A DNA stretch of 64,000 nucleotides, taken from an uncultured Caldisericota bacterium. Its GTDB lineage: Bacteria; Caldisericota; Caldisericia; B22-G15. The position numbers and the translations under genes were made by a program. The notes beneath the pieces were generated by a model. It was not told the DNA's origin. It worked only from the letters and a program-made list of their open reading frames with translations, and made no database searches. Positions 10,346 through 21,486 of the stretch are shown here, in pieces (within the stretch, counting starts at the first letter, position 1; every line of letters begins with the position of its first letter). The stretch is from contig CAZXJJ010000003.1 of NCBI GenBank assembly GCA_964640995.1, positions 198,829 through 262,828 of the forward strand, written 5' to 3'.

Positions 10346-12043
10346 ATGTATATAAGTAAAATGTTTATTCCAATACAAAGAGAAGATCCAAAAGATGCTG
10401 AGGTGGTTAGTCATAAATTAATGATAAAGGCAGGGCTTATAAGACAAATTAGTTCAGGAATTTATGCTTTTTTACCGATTGGATTTAGAGTTTTAAAAAA
10501 AGTTGAGAATATAATAAGAGAAGAGATGAATAAAATTGGAGCACAGGAAGTTTTTCTTCCAGCACTTTTACCAAGAGAACCTTGGGATCAAACAGGAAGA
10601 TGGGATATTTATGGAGATGAACTATTTAGATTAAAAGATAGAAGGGGGAGGGATTTTTGTCTTGGTCCAACTCATGAAGAGATAATAACTATGATTTTAA
10701 GAAATACAGTTAGATCTTATAAAAATCTTCCACAACTCCTTTATCAAATTCAGACAAAATTTAGAGATGAAATTAGACCAAGATTTGGAATTATGAGAAG
10801 TAGAGAATTTTTAATGAAAGATCTCTACTCATTTGATGCATCATGGGATTCTTTATTTGAAACATACAATAAGGTTTTTGAAGCATACAAAAAAATTTTT
10901 GATAGAGTTAAATTAAATTATTACACAGTCGAAGCAGATTCTGGTGCAATTGGTGGAAAGATATCTCATGAATTTGTTGCTGAATCTGTAGTGGGTGAAT
11001 GTGAGTTTGTGGTATGTCCAAATTGTGGTTATGCAGCAAACATTGAAGCAGCAAAAAGTGGTGAGATTGAAGAGAAAAACTATGAGGAAGAACCCCTTGA
11101 ACTTGTTTATACTCCAAATATGAAAAGAGTTGATGAGGTTAGTAAATTTTTAAATTTAAGTGAAGATAGATTAATTAAAGCAATACTTTATATGATTGAT
11201 GAAAAACCTGTTTTAGTATTAATAAGAGGTGATGATGAAATAAATGAAGTTAAACTAAAAAACTTTTACAATGCAAAATCTCTTCGTCTAGCAGATGAGA
11301 GTGAAATTGAAAAATATACCTCATCCCCTCTTGGATTTTCTGGTCCAATTGGCTTTAATGGTGAAATTATTGCTGATTTAAGAGTAAAATATGTTAAAAA
11401 TGGAGCATGTGGTGGTAATAAAAAAGATTATCACTATATTCATGTGTCATACCCAAGAGATTTTAAAGTGAGTGAGTTCGCTGATTTAAGAAAAGTAAGA
11501 GATGGTGACCCTTGTCCAAAATGTGGTGAAAAACTGATTAAGAAAGTTGGAATTGAACTTGGACATACTTTTCAACTTGGAACAAAATATTCAGAATCAA
11601 TGAAAGCATATTTTCAAGATGAAAATGGTGAATTAAAACCATTTATAATGGGATGTTATGGAATAGGGCTTGGAAGAATAATTGCAGCAACAATCGAACA
11701 ATATTCTGATAATAAAGGAATTGTTTGGACAAATGTTATTGCACCATACCACATAATTTTTATTCCAGTATCACAAAATGAAGAGACCTTTAAAGAGGCA
11801 GAAAATTTTTACAAGGAACTTGTAAATGAGGGTTTTGAGGTTATTTTTGAAGATAGAGACCTTTCACCAGGAGAAAAATTTAAAGATGCAGACATGCTTG
11901 GAATTCCATATAAAGTTATTTTTGGAAAAATTTTTGAAAATGAGGGTTTAATTGAAATTAAAAGAAGATTTGATGGTAAAATTTTTAAAATAAAAAAAGA
12001 GGAGTTAATAGATTTTTTAAGAAAAGAAATATATGATAGTTAG
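10346..12043 (+). CDS. proS: proline--tRNA ligase (bacterial type)
   Basis: 565 aa; class II aaRS motifs and C-terminal anticodon-binding domain; follows ispG as in many genomes. Confidence 0.9.
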   Translation: MYISKMFIPIQREDPKDAEVVSHKLMIKAGLIRQISSGIYAFLPIGFRVLKKVENIIREEMNKIGAQEVFLPALLPREPWDQTGRWDIYGDELFRLKDRRGRDFCLGPTHEEIITMILRNTVRSYKNLPQLLYQIQTKFRDEIRPRFGIMRSREFLMKDLYSFDASWDSLFETYNKVFEAYKKIFDRVKLNYYTVEADSGAIGGKISHEFVAESVVGECEFVVCPNCGYAANIEAAKSGEIEEKNYEEEPLELVYTPNMKRVDEVSKFLNLSEDRLIKAILYMIDEKPVLVLIRGDDEINEVKLKNFYNAKSLRLADESEIEKYTSSPLGFSGPIGFNGEIIADLRVKYVKNGACGGNKKDYHYIHVSYPRDFKVSEFADLRKVRDGDPCPKCGEKLIKKVGIELGHTFQLGTKYSESMKAYFQDENGELKPFIMGCYGIGLGRIIAATIEQYSDNKGIVWTNVIAPYHIIFIPVSQNEETFKEAENFYKELVNEGFEVIFEDRDLSPGEKFKDADMLGIPYKVIFGKIFENEGLIEIKRRFDGKIFKIKKEELIDFLRKEIYDS

Positions 12044-12695
12044 TTTAATAATTCCTGCTTATAATGAAGAAAAAACTGTTGGAGATGTAATTAAAGTTGG
12101 AATTGAAAATCCATTTGTTGATGAAATAATTGTTGTTAATGATGGCTCAACTGATAAAACAGGTATTATTGCTAAAAAAATCGGGGTTAAACTTATAGAT
12201 CTAAAAGAAAATAAAGGAAAGGGTTATGCTTTATATGAAGGGGTGAAAGAAAGTATTGGTGATATACTTTTATTTCTTGATGCAGATTTAATAGGATTAA
12301 AATCCCATCACATAACAGAACTCCTAAGACCAATCATTGAAGGAGAGTATCTAACAACTTGCGGAATTTTTGAGAAGGGGCGATTTGCAACAGATATATC
12401 ACATAAATTAACACCTTTTTTATCAGGTCAAAGAGGAATGGTAAGGGCTTTGTGGGAAAATTTTAAATATGACCCAGAAGTAAGATATGGTTTTGAAATT
12501 CTTTTGTCAGATTATTTTTGGAGAAATAAAATAAAAGTTAAATATGTTGTACTTGAGGGTGTTACACAACTTATGAAAGAGGAAAAAATAGGATTAAAAG
12601 AGGGTAGAAAATTTAGATTTCAAATGTATAAAGATATTGCAAAAACTCTTTTAAAAATAGCAAAAGATAAATTTTTAGAAACAAAGGAGGAATAA
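12033..12695 (+). CDS. family 2 glycosyltransferase (small, DPM/GtrB-like catalytic domain)
   Basis: 220 aa; SLIIPAYNEE N-terminus and DAD motif (LFLDADL). Confidence 0.7.
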   Translation: MIVSLIIPAYNEEKTVGDVIKVGIENPFVDEIIVVNDGSTDKTGIIAKKIGVKLIDLKENKGKGYALYEGVKESIGDILLFLDADLIGLKSHHITELLRPIIEGEYLTTCGIFEKGRFATDISHKLTPFLSGQRGMVRALWENFKYDPEVRYGFEILLSDYFWRNKIKVKYVVLEGVTQLMKEEKIGLKEGRKFRFQMYKDIAKTLLKIAKDKFLETKEE

Positions 12696-12696
12696 A

Positions 12697-13032
12697 ATGG
12701 AAAAGGTTGTAAAAAATTACATTGAGGTTCCAGAAGAAATTGTTGAAATGCAAGGAGCAAAAAATGCATTTATTAGATGGTTAATCAAAGGACCAAATTT
12801 TCATCTTAGATACTTTAGAATTGAAAAGGGTGGGAATTCACCAAGACACTCTCACAATTATGAGCATCAAATATTTGTATTGAAGGGCGATGGAAAAGTT
12901 TTTATAGATGGTGAAGAGTTTTATATCTCTGATAACTTTTTCGTATATGTACCTCCAAATAAAGAACACCAAATTATTAATGAAGGTGAAAGAGATTTTG
13001 AATTTCTCTGTATAATTCCTAATATAAAATAA
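12697..13032 (+). CDS. cupin-domain protein
   Basis: 111 aa; two His-containing cupin motifs (PRHSHNYEHQ... and PPNKEHQ). Confidence 0.55.
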   Translation: MEKVVKNYIEVPEEIVEMQGAKNAFIRWLIKGPNFHLRYFRIEKGGNSPRHSHNYEHQIFVLKGDGKVFIDGEEFYISDNFFVYVPPNKEHQIINEGERDFEFLCIIPNIK

Positions 13033-13033
13033 T

Positions 13034-13468
13034 CTATTTTAAAACAATTTCAACTGGTGTCAAATTTCTTATATTATCTGAAATTGGACATCTATCTTCA
13101 ACTTTTTTAAGAAGTTCTTGAAGTTTCTCTTTTGATTCATTTGATTTAATTTCAACTTCAACAACTATTTTTTTATAACCTGCTCTTTCTGAAAAATCTT
13201 TTCCCATAAATCTTAAAGGATTAATTTCACCTTTTAAATTAATCTTTATATCATCGATTTTTAAATTCATTTCTTTTGAAATAACTTGAATAACTATTCC
13301 CAGGCAACCACCAAGAGCAAAAAGTAAATATTCAACAGGATTTGGACCCAAGTTTTTTCCACCTAAATTTTCTGGCTCATCTATCATTAAAGAAAATTCT
13401 CTTGCTTTTGCTTCAAAAGTTAAATCTTCTTTTAATTCAACATTTACTTCAAATGTTATATCTCTCAT
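13034..13468 (-). CDS. OsmC/Ohr-family peroxiredoxin-like protein
   Basis: 144 aa; two conserved Cys in ALGGCLG and DRCPISDN contexts. Confidence 0.7.
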   Translation of the reverse strand: MRDITFEVNVELKEDLTFEAKAREFSLMIDEPENLGGKNLGPNPVEYLLFALGGCLGIVIQVISKEMNLKIDDIKINLKGEINPLRFMGKDFSERAGYKKIVVEVEIKSNESKEKLQELLKKVEDRCPISDNIRNLTPVEIVLK

Positions 13469-13559
13469 ATTAACCTCCTAAATTAATAATAACATAATTG
13501 AAAAATTTTTTTAATAATATTAATTTTGAATTTGAATATCTACTATCTCTACATCAATT

Positions 13560-14100
13560 ATCTCATGAGAAGTTTTAGTATCAAGATTTCATGTTGGTTC
13601 ATCAGCCAAAAATAATTTTGGATTATTTACTAGTGCTCTCATAATTCCCACTCTTTGTTCTTCACCTCCAGACAACTCAGAAGGATAATGATTAGCCCTA
13701 TGTAAAAAATTCACTTTGTCTAACATTTCAAAAGCTCTTTTTCTTCTTTCTTTTTTATCTCTTATTCCATCATAGTACAATGGAAGTGAAACATTTTCCC
13801 ATGCAGTTTAATCAGGAATTAGATTATATGACTAAATACAAAACCTATTTCTTTCCTTCTAAATTTAGACAACTCTATATTATAAATTTTGTAATATTTT
13901 CACCATTAAAAAATATATCGCCTTTTTGTAGGTAAATCTATAGTTCCTATAATATTTAAAAGAGTGGTTTTACCAGAACCTGATGGTCCAATAATCGTTA
14001 TGTAATCATGTTCACCAATAGTAAGTGTAATATCTTTTATAGCAATGACATCAACCCCCTTATTCAAAAATCTTATTCCTCTTTAATAGCCTCATTTGGA
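13560..14100 (-). pseudogene. remnant of an ABC transporter ATP-binding protein (MacB/LolD-like)
   Basis: Walker A GPSGSGKTTLLNIIG near 13960-14005 and signature/Walker [16 protein letters not shown]...LFLADEPT (ORF 13589..13780) lie in pieces separated by in-frame stops. Confidence 0.65.
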
Positions 14101-14109
14101 GTACTAGAA

Positions 14110-15060
14110 GAGGCATAGTTTGCTGGTACATATAAAGATAAGTAAAGAGGTATAATAAATGATAGAATAAAAATCATTAAAATTGATAAATATAAGTTAA
14201 ACAAAATTTCCCTGTCTAGAATAAACTATTGCCTCAATATCATCTTTTATATAATTAACTTCACCATCATCTTTATCTGGATATCTTGTTTTAAGAATAT
14301 TCAAAGCTTTATCAATAAGATTCTTTTATCCTCATTCTTAGCTTTTATTAAAAAATATGCATAATAGTTTATAGGAGTGTATTGAGAAGCGGAATCCTCA
14401 ATAGATATATAAATAGTTTTATCAATTAGGTTTGAATGCTTATTTAATATACCAACTATTTTTCTTCCTAAAAATTCATCACCTATTTTGAGAAAACTTT
14501 TTTATAAATTTCATATCCAACAACAAACATATCAAAATATGTATCATTAATACAATTACCTTCTTTTAATGAAAAATTATAAATAAATGGAAAATCCTCA
14601 GTTGCTCCAGATAATCTAAGTGTATATTTCTCTTTATCAATAGATAGATTAAAGGGTTCAGTAATAATTCTAAAACCTATATAAGCTTCATCTTTTAAAT
14701 ATCTCTTTAGTTCTAGATAGTCTTCAAAATCATAAGTTGGTGCATTTTTAAATTTTTGAGATGTTGTTAGTCATGGCACAATTCTATAGGTATCAATTGA
14801 AATGTCATTAATCAAGTTTAAGGTTGTTTTTCTTAAGTTAATTATCGATGAAAATGAAGTAAAGGTTATTGACATACTCAAGGTTATAATTAATAAAAGA
14901 ATAATAATTTGAATTTGTATTCTCTTTTCTATTTTAGGCATTTTAATTAATAAAGCAGGGGGCTCCTTTAAACTATGAATGACAGAAATTGTTGAAATAA
15001 GTATTGTCATCAACAGTAGAATAACCAACGAACTAATTACATAATATAAACAATTTTTAT
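14110..15060 (-). pseudogene. remnant of FtsX-like ABC permease with MacB-type periplasmic domain
   Basis: TM segment (ORF 14771..15028) then periplasmic-domain-like sequence broken by several stops/frameshifts, directly upstream of the ATPase remnant. Confidence 0.5.
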
Positions 15061-15249
15061 ATTTTAGGTATAAGTTAAGGATATATCAAAAATAATAAAA
15101 CTAGAAACAGTTAACAAATTGATTAAAATAGTTAAAATAGTTATTATTAATATATTTGAAATTCACTCTTTTCTTATTTGAAAATACAAATTATCATTTA
15201 GGTTTATTGAATGTGAATTAACAATATAAAGAAATTTTTTTTCCAAGAA

Positions 15250-15990
15250 TTCTTTTCTATTCTTTTTAATAAATTTCTTTCATAACCATTTTCTGGTATT
15301 AAATAATATGTAACTTGATTCTGCAAGTTGTTCTTCACCTTTATAATTTATAATTTTTCTAATTCCTGTCTTTTTAGATGGAATTATAACACTTGAACTA
15401 AATATAATATATTCTTCTGGTATACTTTTTATTACTCCTATTATTTTATATTTTTCAATATCTTTGTCTATTAATAAATTAACTTCTTTTCCTACAAAAT
15501 TATCATCGCCAAAAATCATCGTACATATTTTTTCGTTAAGCTAAACAACATTTGGGTGATTATCTTTGGTAAAACATCTACCATATTTCAACGGGAATTT
15601 TAACTCATTTATAAAATCAGGTGGAAATGAATAAACATAAACAACATTAGAATGAAATGGAATTTCTAATACATAATTTGTGATTAGTTCCGCTCTGTTT
15701 TATAAAAAATAAGTTTTATACCTTTTAAATTAATGATTTTATGAATTTCATCATCGTTCAATTTAAATTGTCTAAATTAACTTCAGGTAATGAACCAAAT
15801 GTTGACATTAATTCACCAGATATCTCATAAATTAGATTTTCAAACTTTATTCATAACTCTATAAGTAGTGTTTGCATAAATTGGTGAAATAGCGCCAACA
15901 TTTATTGGGAACCAAAAGGAAAATTTTTAATAAAATCTTTCAATTCTTTTTCATAAGAAAAAAAGTTGGCAAATACATACATAAACTATA
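15250..15990 (-). pseudogene. further decayed ABC-permease-like fragments (second copy?)
   Basis: Short ORFs (15280..15519 and others) with FtsX periplasmic-domain-like sequence, multiple stops; long AT-rich non-coding stretch. Confidence 0.3.
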
Positions 15991-16042
15991 TAAAGTAATT
16001 ATAATTAATAATATAAATTTTTTTTATGATACTATATGAATT

Positions 16043-17443
16043 ATGAAACTTAGATACCAAAGAAATATTAAAAGTTTTCTATTTTTACTTTTAATAATTT
16101 TTATTATGGCTAATTTCATAGTACTTGTTCCAAAATTCATTTTTGGAGATGAAGCATGGTCTGCAAAAATATCATCTATGGGTATACTCTCAGCAATAAA
16201 AAATTCATTAAATGATTTTCATCCTCCTTTATATCATATAGTTTTATCACTGTTTCTTTATTTATTTCCTAAAAATGAAATTTTATTAAAAATTTTATCC
16301 CTTGTTTTTGGAACATTAAGTTTATATATTGTTCTTTTCAAATTGAATGAATTTATCGGAGAAGAAGAGTCAAAATACCTTTCAATAGTAATTGTAGTTT
16401 CTCCATTCTTTCTTTATATTATAACCCTTGTTAGAATGTATTCCCTTGCATTATTTCTCTCATCACTTTCTCTTTTATATTTCTTTAAACTCCTAAAAGG
16501 TGAAAAAAAATTTAAAATCCATTTTATAATTTCAAACATTCTTATGATGCTAACACATCACTTAACAATACCTCTCTTTTTTATTGAAATTTTTTATTTT
16601 TTAATTAAGAAAAGGTGGGGTGCTTTAAAAACCTCAATTATTTGTGGAGTTCTTTATTTACCTTTCTCTTATATTTTTTTAATCCAACTTAAAAGAAGGT
16701 TTGAACTTTCGAGGGGATGGGGAAATATAACTTTTGAGTCATTTTTTTCTGACTTTTTCTCATTTTTACTCTTTAACTCAAAAGGAGTGTCAATTTTAAT
16801 ATTATCTATTTTTATTTTCCTTATAATATTTGGATTATTTAATCTCAAAAATGAAAATAAAATTTTTATGATTTTTTATTCTTCCACTTACTTTATAATG
16901 TTTCTTGTTATAACTAAATTATTTGGCTCACTTTATTTTCATTACATATCACTTATTATCATACCATCATACTATTTGTTAATAGAGGGTGCCTTTTTCT
17001 TTAAAAAATATAAAGAGAGAATCTTAATTTTTTTAATAATTTTACTTTTTGTTTTTACACCAACGAGTTTTATTAGGGGTTATCCAGAAATCTCTCAAAT
17101 AAAAAGTCTTTTAAATGGAAAAAAAGTTATTTTTTTAAATAGATATGAAATGTATAGATACACATTTAATATAAATGGAGATTTTAAATTCATAGCAGAT
17201 CTTCCACTGAATAATTTTACATTTGATAATTCAAAAAAAATTGAAAATGCAATAAATTTTATAGAAAATGAAGAAAAACCTTTTATTTTTGTTTACTCTC
17301 AAGTTGGAAGTGATTTTTTAAGTTTATATGACCCAAAAGGAAAAATTAAAAATGTTTTTGAAGAAAAAAGTTCATCAAAATTAACTTTTGGTATTTATTC
17401 GGATTTAACTCTTTTCATCTATTTTTTAGAACCTATGAAATAA
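16043..17443 (+). CDS. polytopic membrane glycosyltransferase, GT39/GT83 (ArnT/PMT-like)
   Basis: 466 aa, about 12 predicted TM helices; DEAWSA motif in first extracytoplasmic loop and HPPLY motif typical of GT-C mannosyl/aminoarabinosyl transferases. Confidence 0.6.
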   Translation: MKLRYQRNIKSFLFLLLIIFIMANFIVLVPKFIFGDEAWSAKISSMGILSAIKNSLNDFHPPLYHIVLSLFLYLFPKNEILLKILSLVFGTLSLYIVLFKLNEFIGEEESKYLSIVIVVSPFFLYIITLVRMYSLALFLSSLSLLYFFKLLKGEKKFKIHFIISNILMMLTHHLTIPLFFIEIFYFLIKKRWGALKTSIICGVLYLPFSYIFLIQLKRRFELSRGWGNITFESFFSDFFSFLLFNSKGVSILILSIFIFLIIFGLFNLKNENKIFMIFYSSTYFIMFLVITKLFGSLYFHYISLIIIPSYYLLIEGAFFFKKYKERILIFLIILLFVFTPTSFIRGYPEISQIKSLLNGKKVIFLNRYEMYRYTFNINGDFKFIADLPLNNFTFDNSKKIENAINFIENEEKPFIFVYSQVGSDFLSLYDPKGKIKNVFEEKSSSKLTFGIYSDLTLFIYFLEPMK

Positions 17444-17452
17444 TAATAGAAG

Positions 17453-18500
17453 TTAACTTGAAAATATAAGAGATAAAATTGCATAGATAGATACTTTTTT
17501 AATATAATATCCCCAAGAGACCCTTATTCCACTTTTTCCAAGAATTGATAAGGCGACAACATTTGCCGAAGCACCAATTGGTGTTCCATTTCCACCAAGT
17601 TTTGTTCCAAGAGATAAAGCCCATGCAAGAACTCCAAGTGGAATCCCTTTTAAAACACTCATATTTTTAATAACTGGAACCATTGAAAAGGGAAGTGGAA
17701 CATTATCTAAAATACTTGACAAGGAGCCTGAAATAAAAAAGGAATTGACTTGTAATAAGTTTTGGATTTTGAAAAATTTTCATTATTAAATTTGAAATTT
17801 GAGATAAAAATCCAACCTTTTCAAGAGAACCCAAAATTATAAATAGTCCTATAAAAATAAAAGTGTATCCCAATCAATTTTTTCCCAAATATTTCTAAAT
17901 CTATTTCCATTCAAAAATAATGCAAGAGAGGCTCCAATTAATCCTATAACTCCAACTGAGATGTTTATTGATTTATGAAAAACCAAAAGAATAAATCCAA
18001 GTGAAGTTCCAATTATAGCATTTGGTGGATCTCCAACCATTGTTGCGCTTTCTCCAATGTTTGATGAAACAATTTCAGTTAATATAAATGGAACAGGGTT
18101 AAAACCTAAAATTTTTGAAACCTCTATTGTTAAAGAAGAGATAAACATCATAACTGTGATACTGTCCTTAAAAGCGGAAAGAATGGTGGTTAATATTGAA
18201 AGTGAGATAAATAATAAAACCATATTTTTACGAAAATTTCTTACAATCCTATTTCCTATTATTTTAAAAAAGTTTACCTCTTTTAAAGTTATAACCAAAA
18301 AGTAAACATTCAAAAAAGAAGAGTTATTGCATCCTAATTTACAAATTAAAGTGCTTCACTTGGAGTTACAATTCTTAATAAAACAAGAACAGAGGATGTA
18401 AAAAAGACTATTATTGATCTTGGCAAAAGATCAAAAATTATCAAACAGTATGAAATGATAAAAATTAAAATTGAAATAATTTCATTTTTCATATTTTCTC
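17453..18500 (-). pseudogene. decayed anion/ion permease (ArsB/NhaD/CitMHS superfamily-like)
   Basis: Hydrophobic fragments 17453..17722 and 17849..18313 plus N-terminal piece to about 18490, separated by stops and frame changes. Confidence 0.45.
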
Positions 18501-19260
18501 CTGATCACAGATGAGTAAAATTGGCTTTTCTGATAAAGTTGTTGTGCTTCTTACAATATAATCAAGTGAAAACTCTTCTATTATATTTCTTAATTTATAT
18601 TTAAATCCTTTATATCCTCTACTTCCAATTATTAAATCATGTTCTTTTGAAATTTCTAAAATTGATTTTTAATTGATCCTCTTCAAAAATTTTATAATTT
18701 ACATGAACAGAAAGTTTTTTCTGCCTCAGATTTTACTTTTTCAAAATAACTTTCAATTAATTTTTCATCTTTTATTAAAAAAGAACTAAAACAGTTCCAA
18801 TGAAATTACTTGCAAATTTCAAAGAAAAAATTGTTGCATCAAAAGAAAACTAGCTTCCTGTTCTAGGATTTAATATCTTTGGATTTTTTGATGGCTCAAC
18901 CAACAAATTCATAATTAAAACAGGTATGTAAGAGTTTATCAAAATGTCTTTAGCTATGCCTCCAAGTTTTAATCTTTTTACACCAACAGCAGAATGACTT
19001 CCAATAACAAGCAAATCTTTTTTTAACCTCTTCAAAAACCTTATCTTTAACCATTCTTTTTTTAAAATAATTTCAAAATCAACATCTTTTTCTTTCATTA
19101 AACTCTCGTACTCCTTTAATGATTTTTCTATTGGTTCATTCAAATAATCTTCATAAAGTTTTATAACTCTACCTAAGAATTTTGATTTATCTACAACTGA
19201 AAGAATATAAAATTTTGAATCTTTAAAACTCTTTGTAAGATAATTTAAAATATCTTTCAC
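18500..19260 (-). CDS. universal stress protein UspA-family, tandem-domain; upstream (N-terminal) domain intact as ORF 18850..19260, downstream domain disrupted
   Basis: ORF 18850..19260 shows UspA-like C-terminal ...VIGSHSAVGVKRLKLGGIAKDIL motif; second UspA-like domain 18500-18840 has a frameshift. Confidence 0.55.
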
Positions 19261-19350
19261 TCTTTTGATGGTTCAAGTGAAACAAGAATTCTTTCAAATA
19301 ATTTATTCATGAAAATATTATATAATAAAAAAGATTGAATTGGAGGTAAT

Positions 19351-19746
19351 ATGAAAATATATTTTGCCTTTTCAATAAGAGGAAGTAAAAGAGACGATAG
19401 TTTAATAAAAGAAATTTATGATTTTTTAAAAGAGAAGGGACACTCAATAACAACAGAGTTTAATATTATTCAGACATATTCAGAGAAAATCTTGTCAGAT
19501 TATGATATTTATAAAAGAGACATTGAAGCACTTTTAGATTCAGAAGTTCTTCTTGCAGATGTAAATTCTCCATCTCTTGGAGTTGGTTTTGAAATTGCTT
19601 ATGCCCTTTTAAACAAAAAGAGAGTAATTGCATTTATTGAAGAGAATAAGGTTCTTTCAGCAATGATAAATGGTAATCCAAAAATAACATTGATTAGATA
19701 CAAAAATTTAGATGACCTCAAAGAAAAATTAAATAAATATCTTTAA
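19351..19746 (+). CDS. nucleoside 2-deoxyribosyltransferase-like protein
   Basis: 131 aa; MKIYFAFSIRG N-terminus and SLGVGFEIAYA active-site Glu context typical of the NDT/DNPH1 fold. Confidence 0.55.
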   Translation: MKIYFAFSIRGSKRDDSLIKEIYDFLKEKGHSITTEFNIIQTYSEKILSDYDIYKRDIEALLDSEVLLADVNSPSLGVGFEIAYALLNKKRVIAFIEENKVLSAMINGNPKITLIRYKNLDDLKEKLNKYL

Positions 19747-19758
19747 AAGAGGTGATTT

Positions 19759-20243
19759 ATGCAAGAAAAACTTTTTGAAGAAATCATTCAAATTGCAATT
19801 GTTGTTGAAAATTTAGAGAAATCCTTAAAAACTTTTAATGATGAGTATGGGATTGGTCCTTGGGAGATTTATAAAATTGATAAAGATACTACTATTGTTA
19901 TGAAAAGAAATGGGGAAAGGAAAGAATTTGATTATATTGTCGCAATGTGTGAAATTGGAAATGTTGAACTAGAACTTGTACAACCTATTGATGAAAATAG
20001 TGTTTATTATGAATTTTTAAAAAATCATGGACCAGGTCTTCATCATATAGGATTTAAAATAAAGGATTTTAATAAAGTAAATGATTTTTTTAATAAAAAA
20101 GGAATAACTCCTCATCAAAGTTGAGTTTGGAGTGGAAAATTTTTTGCACACTTGAAAACAGAAAAGGACCTTAATTTTGTTTTAGAAATTTTCAATAAAA
20201 CTGAAAATTATAAAAAACCAGAACCAATCAAAAGATACCCTTA
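19759..20243 (+). pseudogene. glyoxalase/VOC-family protein interrupted by a frameshift near 20125
   Basis: ORF 19759..20124 carries a VOC-like HHIGFKIKD motif and stops; the continuation VWSGKFFAHL...KRYP runs in another frame to about 20243. Confidence 0.45.
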
Positions 20244-20255
20244 AAGGAGCATATA

Positions 20256-21428
20256 ATGGAAGAGTTAAAAAATTTTGTTAAAAAAATTGATAGAAAGATT
20301 ATAACTCACAGAAGAAATCTTCATAAAATTCCAGAAATAGGATTAAACTTACCAAAAACCAAAAATTATATTATTAATGAATTAAAAAAGCTTGGATTTG
20401 AAATCAAGGAATATAAATCATGTTCAGGAATAAGTGCAACAATAGGAAAAAGCATTAATAAAGTCATTGCATTAAGAAGTGATATGGACGCATTGCCTAT
20501 TAAAGAAGAAACAGGGCTATCTTATTCATCTAAAAATGAAAATATGCATGCATGTGGACATGATGGTCATATGGCAATAATTTTAGGTGTCGCAAGAGTT
20601 TTAAAGGAGTTTGAAGACAAATTAAATGGATCTGTAAAATTAATTTTTCAACCTGGAGAAGAAAAAGAAGGTGGGGCAAAACTTCTTATTGAAGAAGGTG
20701 TTCTTGAAAATCCAAAACCTGATGTTATTTTAGGAATTCATGTTGGAAATTTCATTGATGAAATTGATAATGGAGTGATGGGTTTATATAAAGGTCCTTT
20801 TATGGCTTCAATTGATAGATTTAAAATTTTAATTATAGGAAAAGGATCACATGGAGCAACTCCAAATAAAGGAATTGATTCAATTTATATTGCATCTCAA
20901 ATTATTCTATCAATTCAAGAAATTGTATCAAGAGAAATTGAGGTTTTTTCACCATCAGTAATTAGTTTTGGAAAAATCTCTGGTGGTACTTCTTATAATG
21001 TAATTCCAGATAGTGTTGAAATTGAAGGAACAGTGAGAACTTTAGATGAAGATATAAGAATATATATTAGAAACAGAATGGAAGAGATGATTTCAAATAT
21101 AACAAAAGGTTTCAGGGGAAATTATCAATTTGAATATCATTTTGGTTATCCAGTTGTAGTTAATGATTCAAATTTAGTTGATAAATTTTATGAAACAACT
21201 AAAAAAATAATCGATGAAAATAGAATAAAATTTTTAACTAAACCAACAATGGTAGGAGAAGATTTTTCTTATTACACTCAAAATATACCGGGTTTATATA
21301 TTTTCTTATCATCCAAAAAAGAAGAGCATCCATATCCCCATCACAATTCAAAATTTGATATAGATGAAAATGTTCTTCCAATTGGAACTCTTGCTCTTTC
21401 TAATTTTGTGTTTGATTATTTAAAATAA
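20256..21428 (+). CDS. M20-family amidohydrolase (N-acyl-amino-acid/hippurate hydrolase type)
   Basis: 390 aa; metal-binding HACGHDGH and GEEKEGGA motifs of the M20D family. Confidence 0.8.
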   Translation: MEELKNFVKKIDRKIITHRRNLHKIPEIGLNLPKTKNYIINELKKLGFEIKEYKSCSGISATIGKSINKVIALRSDMDALPIKEETGLSYSSKNENMHACGHDGHMAIILGVARVLKEFEDKLNGSVKLIFQPGEEKEGGAKLLIEEGVLENPKPDVILGIHVGNFIDEIDNGVMGLYKGPFMASIDRFKILIIGKGSHGATPNKGIDSIYIASQIILSIQEIVSREIEVFSPSVISFGKISGGTSYNVIPDSVEIEGTVRTLDEDIRIYIRNRMEEMISNITKGFRGNYQFEYHFGYPVVVNDSNLVDKFYETTKKIIDENRIKFLTKPTMVGEDFSYYTQNIPGLYIFLSSKKEEHPYPHHNSKFDIDENVLPIGTLALSNFVFDYLK

Positions 21429-21486
21429 AAAGGCCAGGAAATTCAAAACACTTTTAAATAAAAATCTCCTGACCTTAAATTAAAAA

